The notes below the pieces were generated by a model. The model ran no database searches. It was given only the letters and a program-made list of their open reading frames with translations, and was not told the origin of the DNA. From NCBI RefSeq assembly GCF_006345805.1, contig NC_043012.1, forward strand, positions 4,154,001-4,218,000: DNA of 64,000 bases, written 5' to 3'. Shown piece after piece: positions 35,589-48,395 of the stretch. Positions within the stretch are counted from its first letter, which is position 1, and each line of letters starts with the position of its first letter. Both the position numbers and the translations under genes were made by a program. The DNA comes from Octopus sinensis (Eukaryota).

Positions 35589-35624
35589 CTTTTATGTTTC
35601 GAGCCTACGCTCTTCAACAGAAAG
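35589..35624 (-). ncRNA. HH-A hammerhead-like motif (element ~35510-35685)
   Basis: CTTT-CTGTTGA-A-GAGC gtag GCTC-GAAA-CA-TA-AAAG; perfect stem II. Confidence 0.6.
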
Positions 35625-36477
35625 GAACACGAGGAAATAAACAGAGAGAATAAAAAGAAACTTGTGGATTTAATAATCAATCATGAGAGAGGTAGATAGA
35701 TAGACAGATAGATAGATAGATAGACAGATAGATTGCTATATCTGTTTGTCTACCAGATCTGACAGTTTTGGCTGTCCTGCCGCTAAAAAAGTAAACACTT
35801 ACCCAATGTGCTTTGCATTGGAACTGAACTTGAAACCATGTTGTAAAGCAAACTTCTTAACCATATACACAATCCTGACACCCCCTCTCTCTCTATATAT
35901 ATATAGAGATAGATAGATAAATAGAGAGAGAGAGAGAGAGGGGTGGGTGTGAATGGATGTCATTTAGCAGTGTGTAGATAAACAACAGCTGATGCTGGGT
36001 TTGATTATAGAGTAAGAAGTGAAACCTTGGAACTATCAAATGTACCTTGAAGAACTAGTTTCAGTAACAAGGATTAACAGTGAGGAGCTGCTAAGAATAG
36101 ATAAGACAGATAATTGAGGTTGGACAGGTGGTGGTGGTGGTGGTGGGAGTTCTGTATCTGAAAGAGGATGGGTGTGGGGGCTGCTAAGGTGAAGAAGAAG
36201 TAAGTGCTGTGATGTTGGCTGGGAAAAGTTCTGTGTGTGTGTTGTGGTTCATGAGAGGGGAGGTGCAAATGTGATAACATTTGACTGAAGTGAGTCCCTA
36301 ATTTTCACACTTCACTTTTATCAACAATATTAAGCTAACAGCAATTGCTCTACCATCCACCCCACTCTCTCTCTCCTATGTTGATAGTTTAAGCATGAAG
36401 GCTAGAGTAGTATGGTTGTTGAGTGAGAGACCCTTCTCACACTCAATAGTTGATGGCACTCACTGATATATGTATAT

Positions 36478-36705
36478 ATCATCATCATCATCCTCGTTTA
36501 ATGCCCACTTTTCATGCTGGCATGGGTTGGAAGGTTTGACTGGAGACTGGTAAGCCAGAAGGCTGTACCAGGTTCCAATCTGATCTGGCAAGGTTTTTCC
36601 ACAGCTGGACGCCCTTCCTAATGCCAACCACTCCAAGAGTGTAGTTTGTGCTGTTTACGTGGCTACTGGCATGACGGCCAGTCAGGCGGTACTGGCATTG
36701 ACTAT
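36478..36705 (-). mobile_element. RTE-tailed retroposon (family C)
   Basis: catcatcatcatcctcgtttaatgcccacttttcatgctggcatgggttgg...cagctggacgcccttcctaatgccaaccactcc. Confidence 0.85.
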
Positions 36706-36947
36706 GCCTGAGTATATACACATACGTATCCTCACATACAAACACACATTCACATTCATACAGGAATTTAATAGACACACACATGCGCACATAGACACAC
36801 GCACACACGCACACACACACACACGCACACACACGCACACTTTCCAACAGGTTCACATGCATGGACACCAACACTCAGTTACACTGGTAGATCTTCATTC
36901 ACATTCACACATACATACATTCACATGTGCTTAGAATTTACCATGTT

Positions 36948-37174
36948 TAACCCATTAGCATTTAAACCAGCCATATCCAACCAAAATATTCTGTCTGGTT
37001 TATGTTCAGACTGGCCAAATCCAGCCTCTCACACCTACCCTACAATGTTAGTCTAAATAATATGCAGTCACATAATAGAAATCTCAAGGCTACAAGATTA
37101 TGCAGAATAAATTCATAACGATGTGAATAAATAAGCATTACATTTGATAGCATAATCTAAATGCTAAAGGATTA
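36948..37174. mobile_element. piggyBac-type MITE family 1
   Basis: TTAAcccattagcattt ... aaatgctaaaggaTTAA; inverted relative to the 590-796 copy. Confidence 0.75.
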
Positions 37175-37221
37175 AAAGAAATCATTTCCAGCATTATCAC
37201 CATTGTTATCTTCATTATGTG

Positions 37222-37295
37222 CAGTAATCCCTTGACTATCACAGCTGTTATGTTCCAAAACCCCCTGCGATAGGTGAAAATCCGCAAAGTAGAAA
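37222..37295 (+). mobile_element. Tigger/pogo-type terminal fragment
   Basis: cagtaatcccttgactatcacag..gttatgttccaaaaccccctgcgataggtgaaaatccgc resembles pogo/Tigger left ends. Confidence 0.55.
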
Positions 37296-37959
37296 CAGTA
37301 CTTAATTACTACTTAATTTTTCTATTATATGTAATTTTCTAGATGGTGTAATTTAATTGTTCATTTTGAATTGATAAAAGATGTTTTTTTTGTAATTTTA
37401 TATATATATATTATATATATAAATACACACACACACATACATATATGTGTGTGTGTATGTGTTTGTCCTTTGCCACCACTTGACAACCGGTGTTGGTGTG
37501 TCGATGTCCCCATAACTTAGCAGTTTGGCAAAAGAAACTGATAGAATAAATACCAGGATTAAAAAAGTGTTAAGTACTGAGATTGACAAATTCGACTAAA
37601 ATTTTTCAAAGTGGTGCCCCAGCATGGCCGCAGTCTAATGACTGAAACCAGTAAAAGATAAAATTTAAAAGGAAGCTATTAGAACACCAAGGCAGTGTGT
37701 GGGTGTGTTTTGTGTGCATCTGCAGTGTTTGTATTACCTAAAGAAATTCTGAAAGGCCAATCTGCTTCGTTAAGCTTCCTAATTATTAGCATCTCAAAGA
37801 GATTTTGTTTACATCTAAAGTGGAATAAATATCTGGACTTGAAATACCTTGAGGTATATGATTAATTTGTAATTATTTTGCAGAACAAATTCGTTATCAT
37901 CATTCCCAAGCAGCTAACCTATAAATTAGCTTCCTTTTCCCTCTTGCTTTCTCTTGTGC

Positions 37960-38235
37960 CCCCCCTCACCTCTCTCTCTCTCTCTCCAGGCTTTGCTCTC
38001 TCCTCCCCCACCTCTCTCTCACTTGTGCTCTTACCCATGTGCTCTCTCCCCCTCTCACTTGTGCCCTCTCACTTGTGCTCTCTCTTCCTCTTTTTTGCTC
38101 TCGCTCTTGTACTCTCTCTCTCCCCTCACTCTCACTTGTGCTTTCACTCCCCCTCTCTCTCACTTGTGCTCTTGCTCATGTGCTCTCTCTTTCTCTATCA
38201 TTTGTACTCTCTCTATCTCTCTCTTGCTCACTTTT
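37960..38235. repeat. Polypyrimidine minisatellite (ctctcacttgtgctct units)
   Basis: About 5 copies of cacttgtgc embedded in CT-rich sequence. Confidence 0.8.
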
Positions 38236-38542
38236 TGTAACTGTCTGTGTGTATATATGTGTATATATATATGGATAAACAAACAGGAGAAAAAGTCCTC
38301 AACACTTGTGGAAGAGTATATCCATATATTTACTTAGTTTTTCTCAGCATGTGCAATCCCTCAAGTGACAAAAAGGATACACGTATATAGGTGCTACAGT
38401 CTTAATCAAGTGGTTTAAGAATTTTTCAACCAAGTGCTTCTAGGTTCAATCCCACCGTATGGTACCTTGAGAAAGTGTCTTCAGCTGTAGCCTTGGGTTC
38501 ATTGATATGTTGTGAGAAGAATTTGGTAGACATAAACCTCAT

Positions 38543-38900
38543 GGCACAGGAATGGCTGTGTGGTAAGTAGCATGCTTACCAACTACATGGTTCCGGGTTC
38601 ATCCCACTGCATGGCACCTTGGGCAAGTGTCTTCTGTTATAGCCTCAGGCCAACCAAAGCCTTGTGAGTGGATTTGGTAGACGAAAACTGAAAGAAGCCT
38701 GTCACATATATATGTGTTTGTGTGTCTGTGCTTGACAACCCATTTTAGTGTGTTTACGTCCCCGTAACTTAGCAGTTTGGGAAAAGAGACCGCTAGAATA
38801 AGTACTAGGTTTACAAAGAATAAGCCCTGGGGCTGATTTGTTTGACTAAAGGCAGTGCTCTAGCATGGCTGCAGTCAAATGACTGAAAGAAATAAAAGAA
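38543..38900 (+). mobile_element. SINE family A, full copy, preceded by a degenerate 5' half (38390-38540)
   Basis: ggcacaggaatggctgtgtggtaagtagc...ccgggttc..ccttgggcaagtgtc...tgactgaaa. Confidence 0.88.
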
Positions 38901-39232
38901 TATACGCGAATGTTGAACGATGAAAATAAGTGCTCAACACTGCATTGATGGGTATAATTTCTTTATTTGTGAATTAAGGCTACCATGTATTTCATGTTAA
39001 GAAAAGTAGGAAAATATCCTGGTATCTTAACAATTTTTCAAGCTGATCACATGGTGAAAGGTGTTCAGCTCATTAACATGTGTTATATATTATATATTTA
39101 TATAATATATATATTTATAGTATATAGTTAATCCAAACAAGAAAAACACCAAAAAAACACAAAAAACAGCAACGCGAGACGTGGAACAAATATAGTATTA
39201 TTGGACGCTCAGGAAAGAAGGGAAGAAGGAGG

Positions 39233-39267
39233 GTTTAACGTTTCGAGCAGAGCTCTTCGTCGGAAAC
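39233..39267 (-). ncRNA. HH-B hammerhead motif (element ~39124-39330)
   Basis: GTTT-CCGACGA-A-GAGC tct GCTC-GAAA-CG-TT-AAAC. Confidence 0.6.
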
Positions 39268-39539
39268 AAAGGAGAAGGAAAGATCCCGAGAAGAGAAGAC
39301 AGGAAAAAAATTGCTGGCGGTGCTCACGAGCTATCCCAGAAACGGCTGTAAGACTGCAAATTCACCTTACCCTAATTAAATTATTCTAAATGACTTGAAA
39401 TATTTGTTCTGCCTTGGCTTTTGATTTTTCCTCTAATATAATATTTACCTACTATAACGGAACCCTAATATGGATCCCTCGATCCAGCTACTCAGTGTAC
39501 CTTTTGTGTAGATCACAAGTGAACTAAACCCAGCATATT

Positions 39540-39570
39540 CTTTATATATATATATAATATATATATATAC

Positions 39571-39608
<38 letters not shown>

Positions 39609-40061
39609 TAATATAGATATATAATATAGGTATATATATATATATATATATATATATCTGTAGATATATGATATATATATATATATTAGTATATTATAAT
39701 ATACATTATATATATATATATGTATATATATATACAAATATATAATATATATGTATATATATATTATAGTATGTATATATATATGTAGATCTATATATAT
39801 ATATGTATAATGTATAGAATCTATATGTATATAATATATAATTGTATCTATATATAATATATGGTATATATATATATATGTATATGTATATATATAGAGT
39901 ATGATATTATATATATATGTATATATATAATATATATGTATTTATATATATGTATATGTATATGTATATATATATGTATATGTAATATATATATATATAT
40001 GTATATATATGTCTATATATGTATATATATGTATATATATGTATTATATTGTATTATATGT

Positions 40062-40093
<32 letters not shown>
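39540..40093. repeat. Irregular (TA)n array, left flank of the Penelope-like element
   Basis: Nearly pure A/T alternation with sporadic G and C. Confidence 0.95.
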
Positions 40094-40095
<2 letters not shown>

Positions 40096-40321
40096 GTGGA
40101 AATAGAAAGATGAATAATCTTGTAGTAGATTAATCAAAAGTTTAACCGATACCTTAGTACAAACAGAGCAGTAAAACGGCAGGGTAACATCACGGTGGGA
40201 ACACCATCTGGCGTTGCAACCTGTTGTTGGGATAGGGGTTTGGAAATTAAAACATTATTGGTGAATTGAAGAATGGAGCTGTGGACGCAGAGCTTGAACA
40301 GAAAGAAATCGTTTGATTTCA

Positions 40322-40401
40322 TTCTTACACGTGTTTCGAAAGCACAAATTACCAAAATCCGATTGAATAATGGGACCATATTGTGTCTTTCTCTTCAGAA
40401 A
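40322..40401 (-). ncRNA. HH-D hammerhead in the inverted 5' terminal repeat
   Basis: Minus strand tt-CTGAAGA-GAAAGACACAA...TTGTGCTTTC-GAAA-CACGTG-TA-AGAA. Confidence 0.65.
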
Positions 40402-41710
40402 CCTAAACTTCCACACCAACCCAGCGCTAAGACTCATATGCCGCTGTAGATCTGATATCGGGATAATCAGTAGTACATTTTAGATAAATATATCCCTAGT
40501 TAGTAACAAGCTGAAGCTCACCTCTGGCCAACTCCTCGCAGGTAGTGAAGTGGTTCTCTTCCATCCCAATAAGAACCGTAACTAGGTTCATTCAGTTTGA
40601 TATCGCCAGCTTCTACCCCTCGATTAACCCTAGTGTGCTAAATAAGGCCCTCTGGCATGCTCACAAACAGCAGGGCCTCACCAAGAAGAGATAGATATCA
40701 TTTTAGTTGCCAGGAAATCGTTTTATTAAGTTTGATAATGAGTGTGAGATCCGTAAGGATACTCCCAATGAAATTTGATGTGCCTATGGGTAGTTCGGAT
40801 AGTGCGCAGATAGCCGATTTGGTCGGAATATTATTCTCTACGAATGGTCCGATCAATTCCCGGAGGGATCGCGGGCGGCTGTATCGTGACGATTGTCTGT
40901 TTTTACCTGCAAAACACCACGAACAGAATAGTGCAGAAACTAAGAGCAGGTTAGCTAGGTTTTGTAATAGAATGGCATATGAGTATAGTTTTTGATAATG
41001 AACTCACCAAGGCTAATTCCTAGACGTTACACTTAACCTTAATAGCGGACTCATACTGCCCTTACCATAAGCCTTCCACTAATTTGAAGTATGTCAGTGT
41101 CTCCTCAAATCATGCCAAAACCGTAACAGACAATTTGGTTAAAAACTCTCTCTAAGATTGTCTGGCTTGTCCGCCAGTGCCGATATTTTATTAAGAAAGC
41201 GGATTTTATAACGCCGCACTATCCAAGGCCGGTTTAGGCAGAAGGTAATTTATATTGATCCGGCCCTTCCGATGCCATCATTCGGTCATCAGGATAGGGC
41301 CGTATATAATAACATTAACATTTAAGTAAGGACGGGAGCGCGGCGGATACCGGGGGTAGTCGCTCCCGCATTTAATTTAAGTTAGCGAACAAGATAATTA
41401 TCGGTCCGTCCGGGGAGGTCTTAACACAAAACCCAAGACCCATTATTCATCCGAGAATCACCCACCCAAATGCGAGAGATGGCGTTCCCGACCCATCACA
41501 CTGATAGGAATAAAGCATATATGGTTGTTGTAATCCCCTGTGTAAGCAGATTAGAACTAACCTCCCCTCATGTTTAGACAAGCCATCGCCAATAACTTCC
41601 CCAGAAATTCCAAATATTACTCCACGGTTAACTCACATAAAGTTAGGATAGCTTTCTCCAACACTAAAAACCTCGCCCAGATAATCGCCTCATAATAATA
41701 GGCTACTTAC
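40400..41710 (+). pseudogene. Penelope-type reverse transcriptase, frameshifted
   Basis: NFHTNPALRLICRCRSDIGIIS; FIQFDIASFYPSINPSVLNKAL; FDVPMGSSDSAQIADLVG (motif B); LYRDDCL (YxDD); thumb IANNFPRNSKYYSTVNSHKVRIAFSNTKNLAQIIAS. Confidence 0.9.
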
Positions 41711-42148
41711 TAAGACCCTATCACCCTTTTCCGGAGGCACAGCCTCTTCCGCTCCCGGTTTAATGCTCAGTAGGAATAATTATAGTAGTAATAATGATAT
41801 GAGAGCCAGTACAGTGAAACATAATCTCAGCTCCAGCCGGGAGACCACTAGGGGTATGGTTATAAATAGGGGTTTTGGTTGACGGTAACAATGGGAGTAG
41901 GGTTAGAGAGCCCCTTTAGCATCCCCAGCATCATTTCCCGCAATAGCAGTACCACGGGCAGTAGCAATGACAGCACTCTGATAGATAGTGGAGAATCAGG
42001 GGTTATTCCTATAGTAATAGTGACGTAGTGGAAAATAGAGTAGTAAGCGGTGCAGGTCGGAACGAATATAGTGACAGGAATGCAGTTCTAATTTCAGAAA
42101 CCAATCCTAGCGAGTAAGATTCACGTCGGCGAACTCCAAGATCAAAAA

Positions 42149-42528
42149 AACGCCGTCTACCAATGCAAGGTTTACACGGACTCAGATGCCTTCACTTATA
42201 TAGGGGCATCATCCTCAAGATTGTCTTTGCGTGTCTCCAACCATTACGCAACTTTTCGGGACGTGAACAAGCGCCAGACCACGGGACTCAGTAAGCTAAT
42301 ATGGCGACTGAAGGATGCGAACTTAAGCTATAGGCTGTGGAATGGTCAATTTGTCGGTGGCCCTCCCATTTGATAGGGGCAGAAGACAGTGCAACCTTTG
42401 TGTCTCCGAACTCTTCCATATTTTGTTTGCCAGAGGGCCGGATGGTAAACGGACTCTTACAGTCGGCTTTTCGATGCCCCCATTGGCGGCGTTACACTAT
42501 CTGGCCTTTAAATAGCGTTTATAAATAA
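42149..42528 (+). pseudogene. GIY-YIG endonuclease of the Penelope-like element, frameshifted
   Basis: NAVYQCKVYTDSDAFTYIGASSSR; RVSNHYATFRDVNKRQTTGLSKLIWRLKD; EWSIC; CNLCVSELFHI; RCPHW. Confidence 0.88.
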
Positions 42529-43120
42529 GACCGGCCCCATACCCTTGGTAACAAATTCTGAAATAGCTTTAAGATATCTACAATTAACCACTGCAAGGGA
42601 AATTACTCCTGTAAGACAAACGGGGCTTGTTTTTTCACAGCGGGGGGTTTCCTTGTCAAGGCAGGCTTAGATGAACACACACACACACACATAAAACATA
42701 AAATATATATATAATATTTCTTTATTTTTTTCTTTCTGCCACCCAACGGTTATCACGGCAGTAGCCACTGACAGCCGAACGATCAAACGCACACACGTAC
42801 ACAAAAAAATGTTTTCTACCCCTACGCCAACACAACACATATATAGAACAGTATACACACACACACGTCTCTAAGTAGATTTTTTCTCGCCCTTATAATA
42901 AAAATCCAATATTCTTTAAATAGTCAGAACTTTATCTCGGTCACAAAGAACATCTATACACCCTCACCCACATGATTGACCGATGCCTGACCCGTTGAAT
43001 TCTTCAGCCACGGTTCAACATACACTGATAAACAGTTTCGCCATGGGCTCTTAGGAGCACAGTTCGATTTGTTTTTTGCTCTGCCTCTGTTCGTGTTTTG
43101 TTTTTCCAACGGATTTCCTT

Positions 43121-43209
43121 TTTTCTTCTGAAGAGAAAGACACAATATGGGTCCCATTATTCCATCGGATTTTGGTAATTTGTGCCTTTCGAAACACGTG
43201 TAGTGAAAT
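43121..43209 (+). ncRNA. HH-D hammerhead in the 3' terminal repeat
   Basis: CTGAAGA at 43128, GAAA at 43191, CACGTG-TA at 43195-43202. Stem I is weakened relative to the 13.8-kb copy. Confidence 0.65.
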
Positions 43210-43269
43210 AAAACGATTTCTGTTCAATCTGCGTTCAGCTCCATTTCTTCAATTCACCAATAATGTTTT

Positions 43270-43308
43270 ATATATATATATAATATATAGTATATATATA
43301 TGTATATT

Positions 43309-43340
<32 letters not shown>

Positions 43341-43434
43341 TGTATATATTATAATATATGGTATATAATATATAGGTATATATATATATATCTAATGATA
43401 ATAGTATATATATGTTATATATATATTATATATG

Positions 43435-43467
<33 letters not shown>

Positions 43468-44084
43468 GTATATATTATATATATTTATATAGATATATAT
43501 ATATGTATATATAATATATGTATATATATAATATGTATATATATATAATATATGTATATATATATATATATGTATATATATTATGTATATATTATTATAT
43601 GTATATATTAATATATATGTATATATATATGTATATATATATGTATATATATATATATGTATAATATATATATATGTATATATATATAATATGTATATAT
43701 ATATATGTATATATATTTATATATATGTTATATATATATATACTATAATATATATATATATGTATATATATATCTATATATTATAGATATATGTATATGT
43801 ATATATATATATGGTATGTGATATATAGATATGATATATATGTATATGTATATATATATATGTATATGTATATATATATATGTATATATATATGTATATA
43901 TATATGATATATATATATATGTAATATGTATATATATATATATATCTGATATTTATAGATATATATATATATGTATATATTGTATATGTATAATATATTT
44001 ATATATATATATGTATTTATTATATATATATATATGTATATATGTATATGTATATATATATACGTATATGTATATATATATATG

Positions 44085-44117
<33 letters not shown>

Positions 44118-44315
44118 GTATGATGTATATATATATATATATGTATATATATAGATATATGTATATATATATATGTATATGTATATATATATATGTATAT
44201 TATATGTATATATATTATATGTATATGTATATATATATATATGTATATGTTATATGTATATATCTATATGTATATGTATATGTATATATATATTATATAT
44301 GTATATGTATTATAT

Positions 44316-44347
<32 letters not shown>

Positions 44348-44357
44348 TATGTATATG

Positions 44358-44392
<35 letters not shown>

Positions 44393-44443
44393 GTGTATAT
44401 ATATATATATGTATATATATATGTGTATATATATATATATCTA

Positions 44444-44476
<33 letters not shown>

Positions 44477-44906
44477 GTTATATATATATATATATGTGTA
44501 TATATATATATTGTATATATATTATATATGTGTGTATATATATATATGTGTATATATTATATATGTGTATATATATATATGTGTATATATATAAGTGTAT
44601 ATATATGTGTATATATATATGTGTATAATATATATGTGTATATATATGTGTATATATATATATGTGTATATATTATATAGGTGTATATATATATATATAT
44701 GTGTATATATATATATATGTGTATATATAATATGTGATATAATATATATATATATATATATGTGTATATATATAATATATATATATATATATTGTGTATA
44801 TATCTATGTGTATATATATATGTGTATATATATATAATATGTGTATATATGTGTATATATATATGTGTATATATATATATATATGTGTATTATATATATG
44901 TATGTG

Positions 44907-44937
<31 letters not shown>

Positions 44938-45100
44938 GTGTCTATATATATATGTGTATATTATATTATATATATGGGTTATATATATATATGTATGTGT
45001 ATATATATATATGTTATATATATAATATATATGTATATAATATATATATATGTATATATATATGTATATATATATATATATATGTGTATATATATATAAA
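43270..45100. repeat. ~1.8-kb irregular (TA)n/TATG/TGTG array, right flank of the Penelope-like element
   Basis: A/T alternation with G frequent and C rare on the plus strand. All Ile/Tyr/Met ORFs here are artefacts. Confidence 0.95.
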
Positions 45101-45269
45101 AATAAAATAATAAATATAAGAGAGGGTCACTATATGGCTCACTCTAGCACTAGTTAATCCAAACGGTTTTCAACCACAAAAAGATATGTTTCCCATGAAA
45201 GTCAGTACGATTGTTAGCTCACACGAACAGGGCAAATAACAAAATAACAAAAAACAGATTATCTGATTA

Positions 45270-45409
45270 TCTGGTACTTAATTTATCGACCCCGAAAGGA
45301 TGAAAAGCAAAGTTGAACCTCGGCGGAATTTGAACTCAGAACGTAGCGGCAGACGAAATACAGCTACGCATTTCGCCCAGCGTGCTAACGTTTCTGCCCA
45401 GATCGCCTT

Positions 45410-45410
<1 letters not shown>
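45270..45410 (-). mobile_element. SINE family B, young 5' part
   Basis: ggtacttaatttatcgaccccgaaaggatgaaa...cggcggaatttgaactcagaacgtagcggcagacgaaatac...gcgtgctaacgtttctgcc. Confidence 0.88.
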
Positions 45411-45453
<43 letters not shown>

Positions 45454-45461
45454 TATAATAT

Positions 45462-45529
<68 letters not shown>

Positions 45530-45531
<2 letters not shown>

Positions 45532-45695
45532 TCATCATCATTCATACATCTGTTCTCCATGCTAGCATGGATTGGACGGTTTCGAACTGGGGATCTGGGA
45601 AGCCAGAAGGCCTGCACCAGCTCAGTTCTTATCTGGCAGTGTTTCTACAGCTGGATGCCCTTCCTAACGTCAACTACTCCGTGAGTGTAGTGGGG
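45530..45695 (-). mobile_element. RTE-tailed retroposon (family C)
   Basis: catcatcatca...ccatgctagcatggattggacggttt...ctacagctggatgcccttcctaacg. Confidence 0.85.
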
Positions 45696-46477
45696 CCTTA
45701 TAGTTTTGATTCTCACTGCCATAAATGCAATAATTCAGTGATTGATTCATTGGAAACCTGTAACCAATGATAGCATTGTTTGTAAATTGTGACTTGAAAC
45801 AAATAAATTAAACAGATGTAAATACAACTGCATGCATACACATGTTTGCGTTGGCGTAGACACTTCTTGGCAAATTATGTAAAGCGATAGCTTCTTGGCT
45901 TGGGTGTGTCTGTTTATGAATTTGAAAAGGGTTAAATAAAAAGTGGAGGTGGTGGTGGGAACTGTGCCTAAATTTGATCAGTTTCTTTCTCCCACACTGT
46001 TGAAGAGGTTTGTAAACCATTAACTGTTGTCTTCTTCTTTCTCACATATCATCTCCCTGCTCCCCTCACTCTCTCTCACATACACATACACGGATCAGCC
46101 TGTATCACTCTCTTTCACACACACTCACTAGTCTGTCTGTCTCTCTCTCCCTCTCTTTTGCACACCCACCCTTAAAATATAAGGGAAGTAACTCGTCTGT
46201 TTTTGTTTTTGTTTTTTTTAAAAATCAAACCACCTAACCCATAAGAATCACTTGAATCCCCTTTCTAAACTTCAGTCTATTTAATTTTCAGTATTTTATG
46301 AGTGTCTGATAGTTTTGCAGGTATGGTGTGTGGTTAAGAAGTTTGCTTCCCAACCACATGGTTTCAGGTTCAAACCCACCTTGGGTGACTATCCCCTGCT
46401 ATAACTCTGGGCTGATGAAATCCTTGTTAGTTAATTTTGTGCGTGGAAACTGAAAGAAACCCATTATATTCATACAT

Positions 46478-46508
<31 letters not shown>

Positions 46509-46525
46509 ACACACACACACATACA

Positions 46526-46557
<32 letters not shown>

Positions 46558-46646
46558 AAGTTAATCCAAACAAGAAAGCACAAAAAAACACAACGCGAGG
46601 ACGTGGAACAAATATAGTATTATTGGACGCTCAGGAAAGAAGGAGG

Positions 46647-46681
46647 GTTTAACGTTTCGAGCAGAGCTCTTCGTCAGAAAC
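46647..46681 (-). ncRNA. HH-B minimal hammerhead, intact core (element ~46558-46770)
   Basis: GTTT-CTGACGA-A-GAGC tct GCTC-GAAA-CG-TT-AAAC; all canonical core nucleotides present. Confidence 0.75.
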
Positions 46682-47099
46682 ATAGGAGAAGGAAAGATCC
46701 AGAGAAGGGAAGACAGAGGAAAAAAATCGCCAACAGTACACACGTGGTCACATTTTGAATCATATATATATATATATAGTCCTTGTCTTGATGATGCGTA
46801 TCAGCTGTAAATGAGTGTCACTGTTATACAATGAGTGTCATTCATTTCCAATATTCTGTGACAGCATGTTTGGCCATGGGGGAAATATTACTTTGTTTGG
46901 AAACAGGTGAGGGTTGGTGACAGGAAGGGCATCCAGCTGTAGAAAGTCTGCCTCTATGAACTCTAACCCAGGCAAACACAGTATAAATGGACATTAAAAC
47001 TGATGTTGATGAATTAATTAATTCCTATGACTCTGATATTCTGTTTATAATGAGAGGGTTAAGTGAACCGGATTGAAAATATAACCTGGGGCTGTAGTA

Positions 47100-47405
47100 G
47101 TTGGAGCACTAACTTGGTTACAATGACGAGGGTCCCAGGTGATATGATCAACGGAACAGCTTGCTTGTGAAATTAACGTGCAAGTGGCTGAGTACTACAC
47201 AGATACATGTACCCTTAACGTAGTTCTCAGGGAGATTCAGTGTGATAAGGCTGTCCCTTTGGAATACAGGTACTTCTCATTTTTACCAGCTGAGTGGACT
47301 GAAGTAACATGAAATAAAGTGTCTTGCTCAAGGACACAACACGTCACTGGGAATTGAACTTATGACCTTACAATCATGAACCGAATGCCCTAACCACTAA
47401 GCCAC
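47100..47405 (-). mobile_element. SINE family E
   Basis: Reverse complement of 18735-19050; head gggaattgaacttatgaccttacaatc...ctaaccactaagccac. Confidence 0.8.
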
Positions 47406-48039
47406 ATGCCTTCACTGGTGTACAGTGGAGTGGAGTGGTGTTAGTTGTAATATAGCTTCAGGTCAGACTTGGCAAACAGACCATGTATCATCCATCCAAG
47501 GTCCAGGTATCATCCATCTGGTGAAAATCTACACAGTTTTCATCTTCTAAATTTCACTTGTGAGGCCTTGGATGACCCAATGCTATGGTTGGAGATACTT
47601 GCCTAAGATGCAGCACAGTGAGATCAAACCAAAAACCAGGTCACTGTAAATGAAATGTCTTAACAACACCATAGTCGTCCACACCTGCTTAATCATTTAC
47701 TGGTTTTTCACTTCTCTTTCTAATCAGTTGAGTGACCACATTGTGATTTTGTTTTGTTGGCTGACATAAAAAATGGAAGAAAAACACTAAAGGAAACTAA
47801 AAGGTACAAAAACAAAGAAAAAAGAAAAATCTCATAGTTTTGTATTTAGTTAAAATTCCTTGACAACTGGTTATTCTTGTTAAACAAAATGGAAAAGAAA
47901 CAAAGAAAGGATATTTGGTGAGGAAATAGGTCGTTCATTTTAAAATGCTTTTGTCTTTTGCACACTTATTTTCACATGGAACACATGTAATGCCATTTGT
48001 GGTTATGGGTTTATATAAGGGGTGGCTGTTTTTAAATTT

Positions 48040-48395
48040 TGTACTCTTTTACTTGTTTCAGTCATTTGACTGTGGCTATGCTGGAGCACCACCTTTAGTC
48101 GAGCAAATTGACTAGTACTTATTCTATCGGTCCCTTTCGTCGAACTGCTAAGTTATGGGGATGTAAACACACCAGCATTGGTTGTCAAGCGATGTTGGTG
48201 GGACAAATACAGACACACAAACATACCCACACACACACATACATATATACGACGGACTTCTTTCAGTTTCCATCTACCAAATCCACTCACAAGGCTTTGG
48301 TCGGGTACAGGCTATAGTAGAAGACACTTGCCCAAGATGCCACGCCGTGGGATTGAACCCGGAACCATGTGGCTGGTAAGCAGCCTCTCCCATGC
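48040..48395 (-). mobile_element. SINE family A, full copy
   Basis: Same tail, core and head motifs as the 26406 copy. Confidence 0.88.

Larger units (their letters stand above)
40094..43270 (+). mobile_element. Penelope-like retroelement, 5'-truncated, with inverted 5' terminal repeat (40094-40399) and 3' terminal repeat (~43020-43270)
   Basis: RT and GIY-YIG remnants on the plus strand; the terminal segments are reverse complements of each other and each carries an HH-D hammerhead. Confidence 0.9.

Noticed and set aside
43320-45110. Numerous Ile/Tyr/Met/Cys ORFs, and similar ones at 13.1-13.6, 30.3-30.9 and 53.6-54.9 kb
   Set aside because: They are translations of (TA)n/(TG)n microsatellites that lack stop codons in some frames.
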